From IMG/VR virus record IMGVR_UViG_3300050821_017626, positions 1 to 64,000 of that record: a stretch of DNA of 64,000 nt; one strand, given 5' to 3'. The notes under the pieces are model-generated. The model was given only the letters and a program-made list of their open reading frames with translations. It ran no database searches and was not told where the DNA came from. The position numbers were made by a program, and so were the translations under genes. Source of the stretch: a virus. Shown here piece by piece: positions 63,229-64,000 of this stretch; position 1 is the first letter of the stretch; every line of letters begins with the position of its first letter.

Positions 63229-64000
63229 GTGAACCTGCAATTGCATAAGGGAACTACTAGCAAGATCAGAAGGTTTTTTATCAAGAATAGCTCGGTCACG
63301 ACGGGAGCAGGGCTCACGGGTCTCGTTTATAACAGTTCTAACCTGATTGCGTATTACATCCGTGAAGGAGACGCCACGGCAACGGCGATCACTCTTGCAG
63401 CCGGCACGGTTGGCACCTGGAGCAGCGGCGGCTTCAAGGAGGTGGATGCAACCCATCTTCCCGGCGTTTACGAATTGGGGCTGCCGGATGCGGCGCTGCT
63501 GACCGGAGCAAATAGCGTTTTAGTGATGCTCTCGGGCGCGACGAACATGACGCCCGCATGGGAAGAGATCCAGTTGACGGATACGGACGTGAACGACGCG
63601 CAGCATTTCGGGTTAACGGGTCTGCCGAGCCTGGGCACGGACAGCCGCGTCCTCGTCTCTGGGGATGCTCATACGGCCGGGGTTTCGGTGACAGTGGGGA
63701 TCAACAACGACAAACTGAATTACGGCCTCTCGATGCTGGAAAGCCTGGTGGTGCAGAGCGGCATGGCGCAGGGCGCGACTGCCACAACGCTGACCTTGGG
63801 AGGCCATCCGAGCGCGATCAACGATGAATACAAGCGGAACGTGGTCCGCATTTATTCCGGCACCGGAGCTGGACAAGCGCGCACCTTTACGGCCTATGAT
63901 GGTTCGACCGGCACTGGCACCGTGAATAGTCCGTGGGTGACCGTTCCCGATACCACTTCGATCTACGCGGTTATGGCGTTCGATACCGGGGCGCTGGATC
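63229..64000 (+). CDS. Probable virion structural protein, 3' end outside window
   Basis: GTG after AGGAG reads MNLQLHKGTTSKIRRFFIKNSSVTTGAGLTGL...GGFKEVDATHLPGVYEL; appears open to the window end. Confidence 0.65.
   Translation, partial: MNLQLHKGTTSKIRRFFIKNSSVTTGAGLTGLVYNSSNLIAYYIREGDATATAITLAAGTVGTWSSGGFKEVDATHLPGVYELGLPDAALLTGANSVLVMLSGATNMTPAWEEIQLTDTDVNDAQHFGLTGLPSLGTDSRVLVSGDAHTAGVSVTVGINNDKLNYGLSMLESLVVQSGMAQGATATTLTLGGHPSAINDEYKRNVVRIYSGTGAGQARTFTAYDGSTGTGTVNSPWVTVPDTTSIYAVMAFDTGALD

Overview
The whole window looks like part of a large tailed-phage genome; no host housekeeping genes are apparent. From left to right it holds: (i) a leftward replication/transcription operon (primase, SSB-like protein, Sak4-like ATPase, SNF2 helicase, sigma-70, beta-clamp, RNase HI, two orphan adenine methylases, a second sigma-like factor) that includes a ~500-nt structured non-coding region with two tRNA-shaped modules; (ii) a large serine recombinase with an excisionase-like gene; (iii) a terminase small subunit plus only the ATPase half of the large subunit, the nuclease half being a separate gene 12 kb away on the other strand; (iv) a ~12-kb leftward block of small early-type genes headed by a twister and two hammerhead ribozymes and carrying many same-strand copies of the 9-mer AGTGGGCAG; (v) a divergence point at ~38.5 kb with a G-tract and a dif-like site; (vi) accessory genes (MazG-like, dUTPase, a third sigma, holin-like) and about eight small proteins sharing an acidic leader ending in L-x-Q; (vii) a free-standing LAGLIDADG nuclease, a T4-like portal, head/virion genes and an L,D-transpeptidase-like enzyme. 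Two diverged ~520-bp quasi-palindromic non-coding elements lie in inverted orientation at 20.9-21.4 and 51.3-51.8 kb. Three promoter classes are visible: sigma70-like, a TTAACA-N17-GTATACT class and sigma54-like. The strongest candidates for undescribed systems are the ribozyme-punctuated early transcript (with a hammerhead-flanked gene), the split terminase, the inverted element pair and the L-x-Q leader family. All calls come from motif reading by eye; no searches or folding programs were run.
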